From the IMG/VR virus record IMGVR_UViG_2802429240_000001: DNA of 9,029 nucleotides. One strand, written 5' to 3'. This DNA comes from a virus. Taxonomy: Duplodnaviria; Heunggongvirae; Uroviricota; Caudoviricetes. Numbering within the stretch: the stretch's first letter is position 1; every line of letters begins with the position of its first letter. Of this stretch, positions 1 through 8,277 are shown in pieces. The notes below the pieces were generated by a model that saw only the letters and a program-made list of their open reading frames with translations, did not search any database and was not told the origin of the DNA. The translations under genes were made by a program, and so were the position numbers.

Positions 1-226
1 GGGTAGCACTACCCTTACCGTTCAGTTCAAATCCCGTCCCCTGAATAGGGTATACCTGATACTGCCGCCCCTGCCAGGTGACCGGCTCACCTTTTTCGTT
101 CTGCTCATTACAGAAAAAATAACGTTCTCCACCGACCTCTGTCAGATCGATTTCCCAGAGCACCACGCTGGCCGACTGCTCCGCACGGGTGCATTCATTC
201 AGTGTTTCCTGCCGGATATCCTGCAT
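1..226 (-). CDS. L: Minor tail protein L (tail tip assembly), N-terminal 75 codons only; the gene continues past the left edge of the window
   Basis: Hand translation of the minus strand from ATG at 226..224 gives MQDIRQETLNECTRAEQSASVVLWEIDLTEVGGERYFFCNEQNEKGEPVTWQGRQYQ... with no stop to position 2. This matches the lambda gpL N-terminus as I recall it. The start overlaps the M stop by 1 nt (TGATG), as in lambda. Not in the ORF track because it has no in-window stop. Confidence 0.85.
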   Translation of the reverse strand, partial: MQDIRQETLNECTRAEQSASVVLWEIDLTEVGGERYFFCNEQNEKGEPVTWQGRQYQVYPIQGTGFELNGKGSAT

Positions 227-555
227 CAGTTCACCACCTGTTCAAACTCTGCGCTGAACTCAACACGCAGCATACTGACCCGCGACGACCATTTTGCGCA
301 GGTCACCTTTATCTGCCGCCACTCATAAGGCGGCGTCCACAGAAAGGCTTTCCAGCCCCCGTGCTCTTCCAGAAACGACTCCAGTACCGTGGCCTCCTCA
401 CGGGGGACAGAAAGCGTCACGCTGTACGTTTTCAGGTTGGCATTCAGCCCGGCAGGCGCTCGCTGGGAATAGCCATCACCAAAGCGCACCTTTCTTACAG
501 AAGGGGCCGAAGCCACATCCATACCGGGTTTCACTTTCCAGCGGAAGGTTTTCAT
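226..555 (-). CDS. M: Minor tail protein M (tail tip complex)
   Basis: 109-aa ORF MKTFRWKVKPGMDV...SAEFEQVVN, near-identical to lambda gpM as I recall it and the same length. ATGA start/stop overlap with the H stop. Confidence 0.95.
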   Translation of the reverse strand: MKTFRWKVKPGMDVASAPSVRKVRFGDGYSQRAPAGLNANLKTYSVTLSVPREEATVLESFLEEHGGWKAFLWTPPYEWRQIKVTCAKWSSRVSMLRVEFSAEFEQVVN

Positions 556-3113
556 CGTCCACCTCCGGAGAACAGACCACCATCACGCATCTGCCCGGTC
601 ACAACATCCATTGCCGCCTTACGGGCTACGTCATAAACCGCCTTCAGCGCCTGTGGCCCTATCTGACCGTTCGTGCCGTCGTTGTTAATCACCACATGGT
701 TATTCTGCTCAAACTTCCCGGACGCCTGCGACCGACTGTCCGCCATGCTGCCCGGTGTACCGACATAACCGCCGGTGGCATAGCCGCGCATCAGCCGGTA
801 AAGATTCCCCACGCCAATCCGGCTGGTTGCCTCCTTCGTAAAGACAAATTCACCACGGTGAACAATCCCCGCTGGCTCATATTTGCCGCCGGTTCCCGTA
901 AATCCTCCGGTTGCAAAATGGAGTTTCGCCGCAGCTGCCTGAATGGCTGCACCACCTGACGCTGATGAGCCGCCACCGGTAGCACCTCCAATGGCGCTGC
1001 CGATACTCCCGACAATCCCCACCATTGCCTGCTTAAGCAGAATTTCTGTCATCATGGACAGCACGGAACGGGTGAAGCTGCGCCAGTTCTGCTCACTGCC
1101 GGTCAGCATCGCCGCCATATTCTGTGCAATACCATCAAAGGTCTGCGTGGCTGCACTTTTTACCTGCGACATACTGTCCGTGGCGCTCTCTTCCCACTCA
1201 CTCCAGCCGGACTTCAGGCCTGCCATCCAGCTCCCGCGAAGCTGGTCTTCAGCCGCCCAGGTCTTTTTCTGCTCTGACATGACGTTATTCAGCGCCAGCG
1301 GATTATCGCCATACTGTTCCTTCAGGCGCTGTTCCGTGGCTTCCCGTTCTGCCTGCCGGTCAGTCAGCCCCCGGCTTTTCGCATCAATGGCGGCCCGTTT
1401 TGCCCGTTGCTGCTGTGCGAATTTATCCGCCTGCTGCGCCAGCGCGTTCAGGCGCTCCTGATACGTAACCTTGTCGCCAAGTGCAGCCAGCTGGCGTTTG
1501 TACTCCAGCGTCTCATCTTTATGCGCCAGCAGGGATTTCTCCTGTGCAGACAGCTGGCGACGTTGCGCCGCCTCCTCCAGTACCGCGAACTGACTCTCTG
1601 CCTTCCACAAATCCCGGCGCTGCTGGCTGATTTTCTCATTCGCTCCGGCATGCTTCTCCAGCGTCCGGAGTTCTGCCTGAAGCGTCAGCAGGGCAGCATG
1701 AGCACTGTCTTCCTGACGATCGCCCGCAGACACCTTCACGCCGGACTGTTTCGGCTTTTTCAGCGTCGCTTCATAATCCTTTTTCGCCGCCGCCATCAGC
1801 GTGTTGTAATCCGCCTGCAGGATTTTCCCGTCTTTCAGTGCCTTGTTCAGTTCTTCCTGACGGGCGGTATATTTCTCCAGCGGCGTCTGCAGCCGTTCGT
1901 AAGCCTTCTGCGCCTCTTCGGTATATTTCAGCCGTGACGCTTCGGTATCGCTCTGCTGCTGCGCATTTTTGTCCTGTTGACTCTGCTGTTCAGCCTTCTT
2001 TCTGGCGGCTTCAAGCGCAAGACGGGCCTTTTCACGATCATCCCAGTAACGCGCCCGCGCTTCATCGTTAACAAAATAATCATCCTTGCGCAGATTCCAG
2101 ATGTCGTCCGCTTTCTTAAACGCAGCCTCTGCCTTAATCAGCATCTCCTGAGCGGTATCAGGACGACCAATATCCAGCACCGCATCCCACATGGATTTGA
2201 ATGCCCGTGCTGTCCTGTCTGCCCAGGTCTCCAGCGTGCCCATGTTCTCTTTCAGGCGGCGGGTCTGGTCATCAAACCCTTTCGTTGCGGCCTCGTTCGC
2301 TGCCTGCAATGCCCCGGCTTCATCGCCGGAACGCTGCAACTGAGCAACATACGCAATCTGCTCCGCCGTCACGTTATGGAACTGACGCGCCATCGCTGTC
2401 AGCCCCGACGTCGGGTCTGTGGTCAGCTTCCCGAAGGCTTCAGCGACCTTGTCCACCTCCACGCCGGATGCAGAGGAGAAACGCGCCACACTCTGGCTGA
2501 TGGATGCAATCTGAGCCTCACCGCTTACTCCCGCCTTAACCAGTGCGCTGAGTGACTCGCTGGTCTGGTTAAACGTCAGCCCTGCCGCCTGCCCGGCTCT
2601 GGACAGGACCAGCATACGATCTGCCGTCAGACCCGACTGATTGCCGGAAAGGACCAGCGTTTTGTTGAAATCGGACAGGGTTGAGTTGCCCTGATACCAG
2701 GCATACGCCAGCGCACCGGTCGCCACCGCCAGCGAGGTGGTCCCGACCATCGGCAGGGTGATCGCACCGGCAAGCCCCCTGAACATGGGGATCATCCCGC
2801 CGAAGGAGTCCTTCACCTGACCACCCTGTTGCAGCAGGATCAGCCACGGACTTTGCCCGCCTGCAAGCTGCGTGGCCACGTCGGTGAACTGCGCAGGCAG
2901 CATACGCATGGCGGCTTTATACTGCCCGACGGAAATCCCCGCTTTCTGTGCAGCCAGCGCCTGTCGGCTCAGCGACTGTTCAACGACTGCCGCTGTTTTT
3001 TTCGCATCAGTTTCCGTACCGGAAAAATGACGCCTGACTCTGGCCATCTGCTCGTCAAATCTGGCCGCATCCAGACTTAAATCAACGACCAGATCGCCTA
3101 CCGGTTCAGCCAT
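552..3113 (-). CDS. H: Tail tape measure protein H
   Basis: 853-aa ORF, the same length as lambda gpH, with an N-terminus (MAEPVGDLVVDLSLDAARFDEQMARVRRHF...) and overall sequence I recognise as gpH. It has a long Ala/Gln/Glu/Lys/Arg-rich helical central region and a Gly-rich C-terminal part. GAGGAG RBS upstream of ATG at 3113; start overlaps the T-frame stop (3106..3108). Confidence 0.97.
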   Translation of the reverse strand: MAEPVGDLVVDLSLDAARFDEQMARVRRHFSGTETDAKKTAAVVEQSLSRQALAAQKAGISVGQYKAAMRMLPAQFTDVATQLAGGQSPWLILLQQGGQVKDSFGGMIPMFRGLAGAITLPMVGTTSLAVATGALAYAWYQGNSTLSDFNKTLVLSGNQSGLTADRMLVLSRAGQAAGLTFNQTSESLSALVKAGVSGEAQIASISQSVARFSSASGVEVDKVAEAFGKLTTDPTSGLTAMARQFHNVTAEQIAYVAQLQRSGDEAGALQAANEAATKGFDDQTRRLKENMGTLETWADRTARAFKSMWDAVLDIGRPDTAQEMLIKAEAAFKKADDIWNLRKDDYFVNDEARARYWDDREKARLALEAARKKAEQQSQQDKNAQQQSDTEASRLKYTEEAQKAYERLQTPLEKYTARQEELNKALKDGKILQADYNTLMAAAKKDYEATLKKPKQSGVKVSAGDRQEDSAHAALLTLQAELRTLEKHAGANEKISQQRRDLWKAESQFAVLEEAAQRRQLSAQEKSLLAHKDETLEYKRQLAALGDKVTYQERLNALAQQADKFAQQQRAKRAAIDAKSRGLTDRQAEREATEQRLKEQYGDNPLALNNVMSEQKKTWAAEDQLRGSWMAGLKSGWSEWEESATDSMSQVKSAATQTFDGIAQNMAAMLTGSEQNWRSFTRSVLSMMTEILLKQAMVGIVGSIGSAIGGATGGGSSASGGAAIQAAAAKLHFATGGFTGTGGKYEPAGIVHRGEFVFTKEATSRIGVGNLYRLMRGYATGGYVGTPGSMADSRSQASGKFEQNNHVVINNDGTNGQIGPQALKAVYDVARKAAMDVVTGQMRDGGLFSGGGR

Positions 3114-3944
3114 ACCGGACTCCTCCTGCGATCCCTTCTGATACTGTCATCAGCATTACGTCATCCTCCGTCATGTCCGCCACATCCGGGGAAGCGGGGA
3201 TAACTTCATTCCCGTCCGGGCCAAAACGAACGCCTCCGGCAAGCCCTGCCGCTTTCTGCATCAGCACATCATCTTCAGGCTCTTCGTCAGCCTCGCGCCG
3301 GTTCAGCAGACTGAAATCCAGCGGATGCATATCCGGATCGCTGAAAAACAGGCTGAGCACGGTGTACGTCAGCCCGGAAAAGTGCATATCCAGCAGAACA
3401 TCATGAAAATAATGGGTACTGTAAAAGCGGTGCCAGTCGGCATACTCCGTGGATGACATCCCGGCAAGCATGGCGCGCCAGTCGGGTCGCCCCATTTCAC
3501 GCGCCAGTTTCAGGGCAAAACTCAGCTCACCGTCGAACACTTTCCCGCAGAAACAGGCTCTGCAGGCCCGGCGTCATCTGCCTGTTCAGGGGCATTATTC
3601 ACAACAAACTCAGACATTCCGGACAGACGTAACACCACGTTTTCAGCCTGAGCAATTGCCTCCGTGGGCCAGGTGGTAAGCACTTCCTGCTCAATCTGCG
3701 TAATGGCTTCATTCATGGACGGCAGCTTTGTCTTCTGCGGATGGTTATGCCACAGAGACATCGCCACCAGAAACGCCCCGCCTCTGATAAGATCCTCTAC
3801 AGACACCTGCAGGTTGCCACTGGATTCAGCCTTTTTTTCCTGCTCTATCAACCAGGCAAGATGCTCAATACGCTGCAGGGCTGACAGTTCAGAAAGCGTG
3901 ACGGTCACACCGTTATGTTCAAATGATTCGGTTTTCAGGAACAT
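3106..3944 (-). CDS. T: Tail assembly chaperone G-T fusion, made by a programmed -1 ribosomal frameshift from G into the T frame
   Basis: The T-frame ORF (3106..3540, VFDGELSFALKLAREMGRPDW...) overlaps the 3' end of G in the -1 frame and has no independent RBS-preceded ATG. The slippery heptamer G GGA AAG sits in the G frame at 3546..3540 (plus-strand text ctttccc), and slipping back one base gives GTG TTC GAC GGT GAG = VFDGE. Same arrangement as lambda G/GT. Confidence 0.9.
3522..3944 (-). CDS. G: Tail assembly chaperone G
   Basis: 140-aa ORF MFLKTESFEHNGVTVTLSELSALQRIEHLAWL..., lambda gpG-like and the same length. It ends just after the slippery heptamer (...SAGKCSTVS*). Confidence 0.95.
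   Translation of the reverse strand: MFLKTESFEHNGVTVTLSELSALQRIEHLAWLIEQEKKAESSGNLQVSVEDLIRGGAFLVAMSLWHNHPQKTKLPSMNEAITQIEQEVLTTWPTEAIAQAENVVLRLSGMSEFVVNNAPEQADDAGPAEPVSAGKCSTVS
3540..3546 (-). promoter_or_regulatory. -1 programmed ribosomal frameshift slippery site GGGAAAG (G to G-T)
   Basis: Minus-strand heptamer G GGA AAG in the G reading frame (codons GCG GGA AAG verified by hand), six codons before the G stop. Identical to the lambda heptamer. Confidence 0.9.
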
Positions 3945-3959
3945 CGCTGACTCTCCGGA

Positions 3960-4700
3960 TTAACTGGCGGTGACGTTGATTTCTGCAACCGCAGCAAGTT
4001 CACCATTACCGGATACAACCGGAATGTTGACCTTACCTGCAGCGACGCCTTTCACAGTGATGGTCATACCACTGACCGACACGGTGGCTTTTGTTTTATC
4101 CGCTGACACCGCACGGAAGCTCTTGTCGGTTGCGCCCTCCGGCTGGAAGGCCACGGTCAGCGTGGTGCTCTGCCCTTTCACCACCGAGGTGCTGGCAGGC
4201 GTCACGGTCATGCCGGTTGCCGCTGTGACCGTGCTGCGATCTTCTGCCATCGACGGGCGTCCCACATTGGTGACCTTCACCGTGCGGGTGATCACTTCCT
4301 TCGCCGTCACCGCTTTACCGATACTGCTGACCCAGCCACGGAACACATCGACCGTGCCGTTCGGGAAGCGGATTTTATAGGCACGGGTATCACCTTCATT
4401 AAACCACGCCAGCAGCGCCTGCTGCCCCTGCTCTCCGGGCATCCACGCCAGCGTGAAGCTGGTATCTCCGGCTGATTTCTGCCCCTGCCCGGTCGCAGTC
4501 CAGTCCGCATCTTCATCATCGAGATAGCTGTCGTCATAGGACTCAGCGGTCAGTTCGCCGGGCGTCAGGTCTTTAACTTTTGCCAGACGCGACCAGTCCA
4601 CGTCTGAAAGCGGGTTCGCATAAGGGTCACCGTTCCCCTTATAAACCCACAGTGTGGTCCCGGCACCTTTCACCGGCATTGTAGGATTTGGTACAGGCAT
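3960..4700 (-). CDS. V: Major tail tube protein V
   Basis: Translation from ATG at 4700 gives [31 protein letters not shown]... (246 aa), with a C-terminal Ig-like region. GAGGA RBS about 8 nt upstream. The track ORF starts 10 codons earlier at 4730, but that extension lies inside U and is not used in lambda. Confidence 0.95.
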   Translation of the reverse strand: MPVPNPTMPVKGAGTTLWVYKGNGDPYANPLSDVDWSRLAKVKDLTPGELTAESYDDSYLDDEDADWTATGQGQKSAGDTSFTLAWMPGEQGQQALLAWFNEGDTRAYKIRFPNGTVDVFRGWVSSIGKAVTAKEVITRTVKVTNVGRPSMAEDRSTVTAATGMTVTPASTSVVKGQSTTLTVAFQPEGATDKSFRAVSADKTKATVSVSGMTITVKGVAAGKVNIPVVSGNGELAAVAEINVTAS

Positions 4701-4707
4701 AGCGTCC

Positions 4708-5103
4708 TCACATTTCATAGGTAATGACATAAGTCAGATCGGCTGAACTCCACAGGCCCGCATCATCGTCGCGCCGGTAGTCATAGCCGCTGGCCACCAT
4801 ACTGGTGATCAAATCTGACAGTGCCGGGATATCGCTCATCACCGGATAAATCCGGGACTCCATCCACGCATCCAGCTCTGAATCCGGCACCTGAGCAGGC
4901 AGGAAAACTTCGATATGCAGCTCCGCCTGCCAGGTATCGCTGTCCAGCTCTTCGCCCGTGTATTCAGCGCCGGTGAGATAAACGGCAACTGCCGGAAAAT
5001 CCGCCTCATCAAAAACAGCGGGGCGACCATCAAAAAACGTCGCCCCGGTGTCATGCTTCTCCAGTGCATCCAGTACGGCTGCACGGAGTTCAGTATGTTT
5101 CAT
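4708..5103 (-). CDS. U: Tail tube terminator protein U
   Basis: 131-aa [56 protein letters not shown]..., lambda gpU-like and the same length. ATGA overlap with the Z stop. Confidence 0.95.
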   Translation of the reverse strand: MKHTELRAAVLDALEKHDTGATFFDGRPAVFDEADFPAVAVYLTGAEYTGEELDSDTWQAELHIEVFLPAQVPDSELDAWMESRIYPVMSDIPALSDLITSMVASGYDYRRDDDAGLWSSADLTYVITYEM

Positions 5104-5678
5104 CGCTTTATTACCATCCTCAGTTGATGCTGCAGCGCATAGCCCAGCTCTTTCGGAAGACGTTCACGCCGTATCCGCTCAATATTTTGTTTAAACGCCG
5201 TGGTCAGCGGCACCGCCATCGGGATTTTCACCACATCAATGGGGTAACGGTTTTTCCCGGCCACACGCTGCATGACATGCCACCGGCCATTTTTCAGTTG
5301 CTGAATAAACGCGCCGGGAATACGACGGTTACCCACCACAAGCACGCTGCCGCCACCTTTCAGGGATGAACGCTGCCCCTTTTTACGACGCCTGCGGCGC
5401 GAAAGGACAACCCGCGCGTTACCCAGCCTGATTACGGGCAAATCCCCCCGGTTAACCTTGATTCTGGCCTGCGGATTTTTGACCGTGGCCCTTTTCAGCC
5501 TGGCCCTTTCCTTTACCAGTTTCCGGCGTACCTTTGTCTCACGGGCAACCTGTGACGCCGACTGCGATATCGCGGATGAAGCAACGCGGTTAATGGCCAT
5601 TGCGGCGGCACCAGGCACCGCCGTTCTGCTGATACGGCTGAGGTTTTCAATGGCCTGCTCAAGACCTTTTATGGCCAT
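5100..5678 (-). CDS. Z: Tail completion protein Z
   Basis: 192-aa ORF MAIKGLEQAIENLSRISRTAVPGAAAMAINRV..., lambda gpZ-like and the same length. Confidence 0.95.
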   Translation of the reverse strand: MAIKGLEQAIENLSRISRTAVPGAAAMAINRVASSAISQSASQVARETKVRRKLVKERARLKRATVKNPQARIKVNRGDLPVIRLGNARVVLSRRRRRKKGQRSSLKGGGSVLVVGNRRIPGAFIQQLKNGRWHVMQRVAGKNRYPIDVVKIPMAVPLTTAFKQNIERIRRERLPKELGYALQHQLRMVIKR

Positions 5679-5689
5679 ACATCCCCCCT

Positions 5690-6043
5690 TCAGCGGCGAC
5701 GGTTAACGGCAGGCGGTACGCCCCGCCCAAGCCAGAGATGACAGCTTCCACCATCATCCGGCGAAACCCGGTCTATCCAGAAGTTTTCCTCACCGATGGT
5801 CAGCGTGTCTCCACGCCGCAGCTGCCGCACATCATCAGTCCGGACAAACAGGGACGGGCTGGAGCCTTCAACGCGCACGCCCTGTCCGGCATAGCTGATA
5901 TTTTCAGGGTCATCAAAAACACCACGTATTACTGCGCCGGACTGCTCACCGGATGTCATGGTGGCTGACGTTCCCATGTACCCGCGTATCGTTTCATCGG
6001 CGCGAACAATGGCAGCATCGAACAGGTTATCGAAATCAGCCAC
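5690..6043 (-). CDS. FII: Head-tail joining (head completion) protein FII
   Basis: 117-aa ORF MADFDNLFDAAIVRADETIRGYMGTSATMTSGEQ..., lambda gpFII-like and the same length. Confidence 0.95.
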   Translation of the reverse strand: MADFDNLFDAAIVRADETIRGYMGTSATMTSGEQSGAVIRGVFDDPENISYAGQGVRVEGSSPSLFVRTDDVRQLRRGDTLTIGEENFWIDRVSPDDGGSCHLWLGRGVPPAVNRRR

Positions 6044-6054
6044 AACGCCTCCCG

Positions 6055-6450
6055 TTATTGCATTCTGGCCAGGCCGCGCTCTGTCATTTCGGCTGCCACA
6101 CCGGCAGAGACACGAAACGCCGTTCCCGGCAGCACAAATGCCACAGGTTCATCCCGCGTGGCGTGAAGTGCATCAGTATGCAGCGTCACCAGTGCCACGA
6201 CCGTGACCAGAGCAGCCGTATCAGTCACGGTATCCGGCTGCGCTGATACCACCTCATTTTCATGTCCGGTCAGCGCATTTTCCGGGTTGACAGATGTGTC
6301 CTGACCGGCAGCGTCATCCGTGTCATCAAGCTCCTCTTCCAGCTCTGCCACACGGAGTGCCAGTTCTTCTTTCGTCCCCGTCAGGCTGACATCACGGTTC
6401 AGTTGCTCACCCAGCGAGCGGAGACGGGCAATCAGCTCATCTTTCGTCAT
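6055..6450 (-). CDS. FI: DNA-packaging / head assembly accessory protein FI
   Basis: Translation from ATG at 6450 gives MTKDELIARLRSLGEQLNRDVSLTGTKEELALRVAELEEELDD...RGLARMQ (131 aa), with GGAGGAG RBS immediately upstream. The 13-codon N-terminal extension in the track ORF (to 6489) is rejected. Confidence 0.92.
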   Translation of the reverse strand: MTKDELIARLRSLGEQLNRDVSLTGTKEELALRVAELEEELDDTDDAAGQDTSVNPENALTGHENEVVSAQPDTVTDTAALVTVVALVTLHTDALHATRDEPVAFVLPGTAFRVSAGVAAEMTERGLARMQ

Positions 6451-6491
6451 GGACTCCTCCACAGAGAAACAATGGCCCCGAAGGGCCATGA

Positions 6492-7517
6492 TTACGCCAG
6501 TTGTACGGACACGAACTCATCAGGGTCAGCCAGCAGCATCAGCGGTGCTGACTGAATCATGGTGAACTCACGCGCCGGATCGCCGGTGGTCACCCAGTTT
6601 TTCGGGTAGCGGGCAGAGGCGTTAATGCCTTCGCGCTGTGCGTCCGCATCCTGAATGCAGCCATAGGTGCGCAGACCGCGTGCCTGAGTGTTCCCCAGCA
6701 CCATCGTGTTGTCCGGCAGGAAGTTCTTTTTGACGCCGTTTTCCACGTACTGTCCGGAATACACGACGATGGCCACATCGCCATACATTCCCTTATAGGA
6801 CACCGCTTTGCCCAGGTCTTTTACCGCTGTCTCCAGCTCGGAATGAGAGCCGCGACGGGTATCCAGCTTCTCCCTGACGGCTTTGAAGGAACGGAACAGC
6901 GCCCAGCCTTTCGGATCAAACACGATGATATTCACCACACCGCTGGCGTTCAGCGCGTAGGCTTCGATATCGTCTGTCGGGTCATACGTGGACTTGTCAC
7001 GCTTGCTCCACTCCGTGCCGCCGGACTGCGTGATGTTATTCGCCTCACTGCGGCCCATATCCACCTCAACCGGATCGAAGGCTTCACCGGTCATGGTGTA
7101 TTTGCCCTTAAGCACGGCAGAAACTGCCTGCATCTCTTCGACCTGAGCAATGGCCAGCTCTTCGTCACGCATGTTCTGCATGATGATGCGACGGCGGCGG
7201 TAAGTCGGGTCCGCCAGATTCTGCGGATCTTCATCCGGCAGGCGACGCAGGGTCATCTGCGGATTCACTTCATGCTTCGGCTTGACATATCCCGGCGTAA
7301 ATTCAGAGGTGGAGCCGCCACGGGAACGGATAACCTCACCGGAAACAATCGGCGAAACGTACAGCGCCATGTTTACCAGTCCCGGAATTTGTGAGAGATA
7401 GACTTTCTCCGTAGTGAAGGGATAGCTCTCACGGAAAAAGAGACGCAGAAACAGCGGATCAAACTTAAATTTCTGCTCATTTGCCGCCAGCAGCTGGGCG
7501 GTTGTGTACATCGACAT
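6492..7517 (-). CDS. E: Major capsid protein E (HK97-fold)
   Basis: Translation from ATG at 7517 gives MSMYTTAQLLAANEQKFKFDPLFLRLFFRESYPFTTEKVYLSQIPGLVNMALYVSPIVSGEV... (341 aa), near-identical to lambda gpE as I recall it. The track ORF starts 9 codons upstream inside the D-E intergenic hairpin. Confidence 0.97.
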   Translation of the reverse strand: MSMYTTAQLLAANEQKFKFDPLFLRLFFRESYPFTTEKVYLSQIPGLVNMALYVSPIVSGEVIRSRGGSTSEFTPGYVKPKHEVNPQMTLRRLPDEDPQNLADPTYRRRRIIMQNMRDEELAIAQVEEMQAVSAVLKGKYTMTGEAFDPVEVDMGRSEANNITQSGGTEWSKRDKSTYDPTDDIEAYALNASGVVNIIVFDPKGWALFRSFKAVREKLDTRRGSHSELETAVKDLGKAVSYKGMYGDVAIVVYSGQYVENGVKKNFLPDNTMVLGNTQARGLRTYGCIQDADAQREGINASARYPKNWVTTGDPAREFTMIQSAPLMLLADPDEFVSVQLA

Positions 7518-7572
7518 AAAAAAATCCCGTAAAAAAAGCCGCACAGGCGGCCTTTAGTGATGAAGGGTCAGG
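7518..7572 (-). terminator. D-E intergenic stem-loop followed by a U-tract (terminator-like hairpin inside the late operon)
   Basis: Minus-strand RNA reads ...AAAG GCCGC CUGU GCGGC UUUUUUUACGGGAUUUUUUU AUG(E): a 5-bp GC stem (plus 7538..7551) with a 4-nt loop, extendable by G-U and A-U pairs, followed by a U7 run. The 55-nt gap it occupies is the same size as the lambda D-E gap. Confidence 0.5.
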
Positions 7573-7905
7573 TTAAACGATGCTGATTGCCGTTCCGGCA
7601 AACGCGGTCCGTTTTTTCGTCTCGTCGCTGGCAGCCTCCGGCCAGAGCACATCCTCATAACGGAACGTGCCGGACTTGTAGAACGTCAGTGTGGTGCTGG
7701 TCTGGTCAGCAGCAACCGCCAGAATGCCAACGGCAGCACCGTCGGTGGTGCCATCCCAAGCAACCAGCTTACGGGTGGAGGTGTCCAGCATCAGCGGGGT
7801 CATTGCAGGCGCTTTCGCACTCAATCCGCCGGGCGCGGTTGCGGTATGAGCCGGGTCACTGTTGCCCAGCGGCTGGTAATGGGTAAAGGTTTCTTTGCTC
7901 GTCAT
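7573..7905 (-). CDS. D: Head decoration protein D
   Basis: Translation from ATG at 7905 gives [43 protein letters not shown]...AISIV (110 aa), lambda gpD-like. 9-nt gap to the C stop, as in lambda. Confidence 0.95.
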   Translation of the reverse strand: MTSKETFTHYQPLGNSDPAHTATAPGGLSAKAPAMTPLMLDTSTRKLVAWDGTTDGAAVGILAVAADQTSTTLTFYKSGTFRYEDVLWPEAASDETKKRTAFAGTAISIV

Positions 7906-7914
7906 AAACATCCC

Positions 7915-8277
7915 TTACACTGGTGTGTTCAGCAAATCGTTAACGGCATCAGATGCCGGGTTACCTGCCGCCAGCGGTGTCGGTGCCCCCTGCATCAGAC
8001 GATCCAGCGCAGTGTCACTGCGCGCCTGTGCACTCTGTGGTGCTGCGGCCAGAATGCGGCGGGCCGTTTCCACGGTCATACCGGGGGTTTCTGCCAGCAC
8101 GCGGGCCTGTTCTTCGCGTCCGTGAGCCTCCTCACAATTGAGGATCCCCATAATGCGGCTGTTTTCTGCCGCAACCGCTGCGGTGATCTGTGCGTTCACG
8201 TCCGGCTGCGCCGCGCTGGCGTTCTCGCCCTCTGTCGCTGACACCACGTCAGTAACGTCAGCCTGCAAAGCAGTGGC
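7915..8277 (-). pseudogene. C: 3' remnant of capsid assembly protease / scaffold gene C (with nested Nu3), truncated upstream by the IS66-family insertion
   Basis: An open frame ending ...GNPASDAVNDLLNTPV* sits exactly where the lambda C/Nu3 C-terminus would be, 9 nt upstream of D. Only about 120 codons remain before the frame runs into the IS terminus at about 8278; lambda C is about 439 aa (from memory). The track ORF 7915..8268 begins at a TTG, not a credible native start. Confidence 0.8.

Noticed and set aside
294-2555. Series of long plus-strand ORFs (294..959, 943..1461, 1407..1937, 1977..2555, 2201..2500) that could be read as a hidden gene cluster
   Set aside because: All lie antisense within the H and M coding sequences, whose lengths and sequences match lambda. 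Their translations are Arg/Pro/Ser/Cys-rich and low-complexity, typical of antisense frames of GC-rich coding DNA, and none has a convincing RBS and start arrangement.
3106-3540. T as an independent gene initiating at GTG 3540
   Set aside because: The apparent GTG start is simply the first -1-frame codon after the slippery heptamer; no RBS precedes it, and in lambda T is expressed only as the G-T fusion.
4701-4730. N-terminal extension of V ([10 protein letters not shown]...) in the ORF track
   Set aside because: The extension lies inside the U coding region and lacks an RBS, whereas the ATG at 4700 has a GAGGA RBS and gives the lambda gpV N-terminus [10 protein letters not shown].
6451-6489. 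N-terminal extension of FI (MALRGHCFSVEES...) in the ORF track
   Set aside because: The GGAGGAG Shine-Dalgarno sits inside this extension, directly upstream of the ATG at 6450, which yields the lambda gpFI N-terminus MTKDEL.
6843-7394. 183-aa plus-strand ORF inside the E region
   Set aside because: Entirely antisense to the major capsid protein gene; no recognisable domain character and no RBS. Antisense artefact.
7518-7544. N-terminal extension of E (MRLFLRDFF...) in the ORF track
   Set aside because: It runs through the D-E intergenic hairpin and U-tract; the ATG at 7517 gives the known gpE N-terminus MSMYTTAQLL.
7846-8241. 131-aa plus-strand ORF (and neighbours 7895..8125, 7953..8141) near the C/D junction
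   Set aside because: Antisense to the C remnant and D; Cys/Arg-rich artefact translation.
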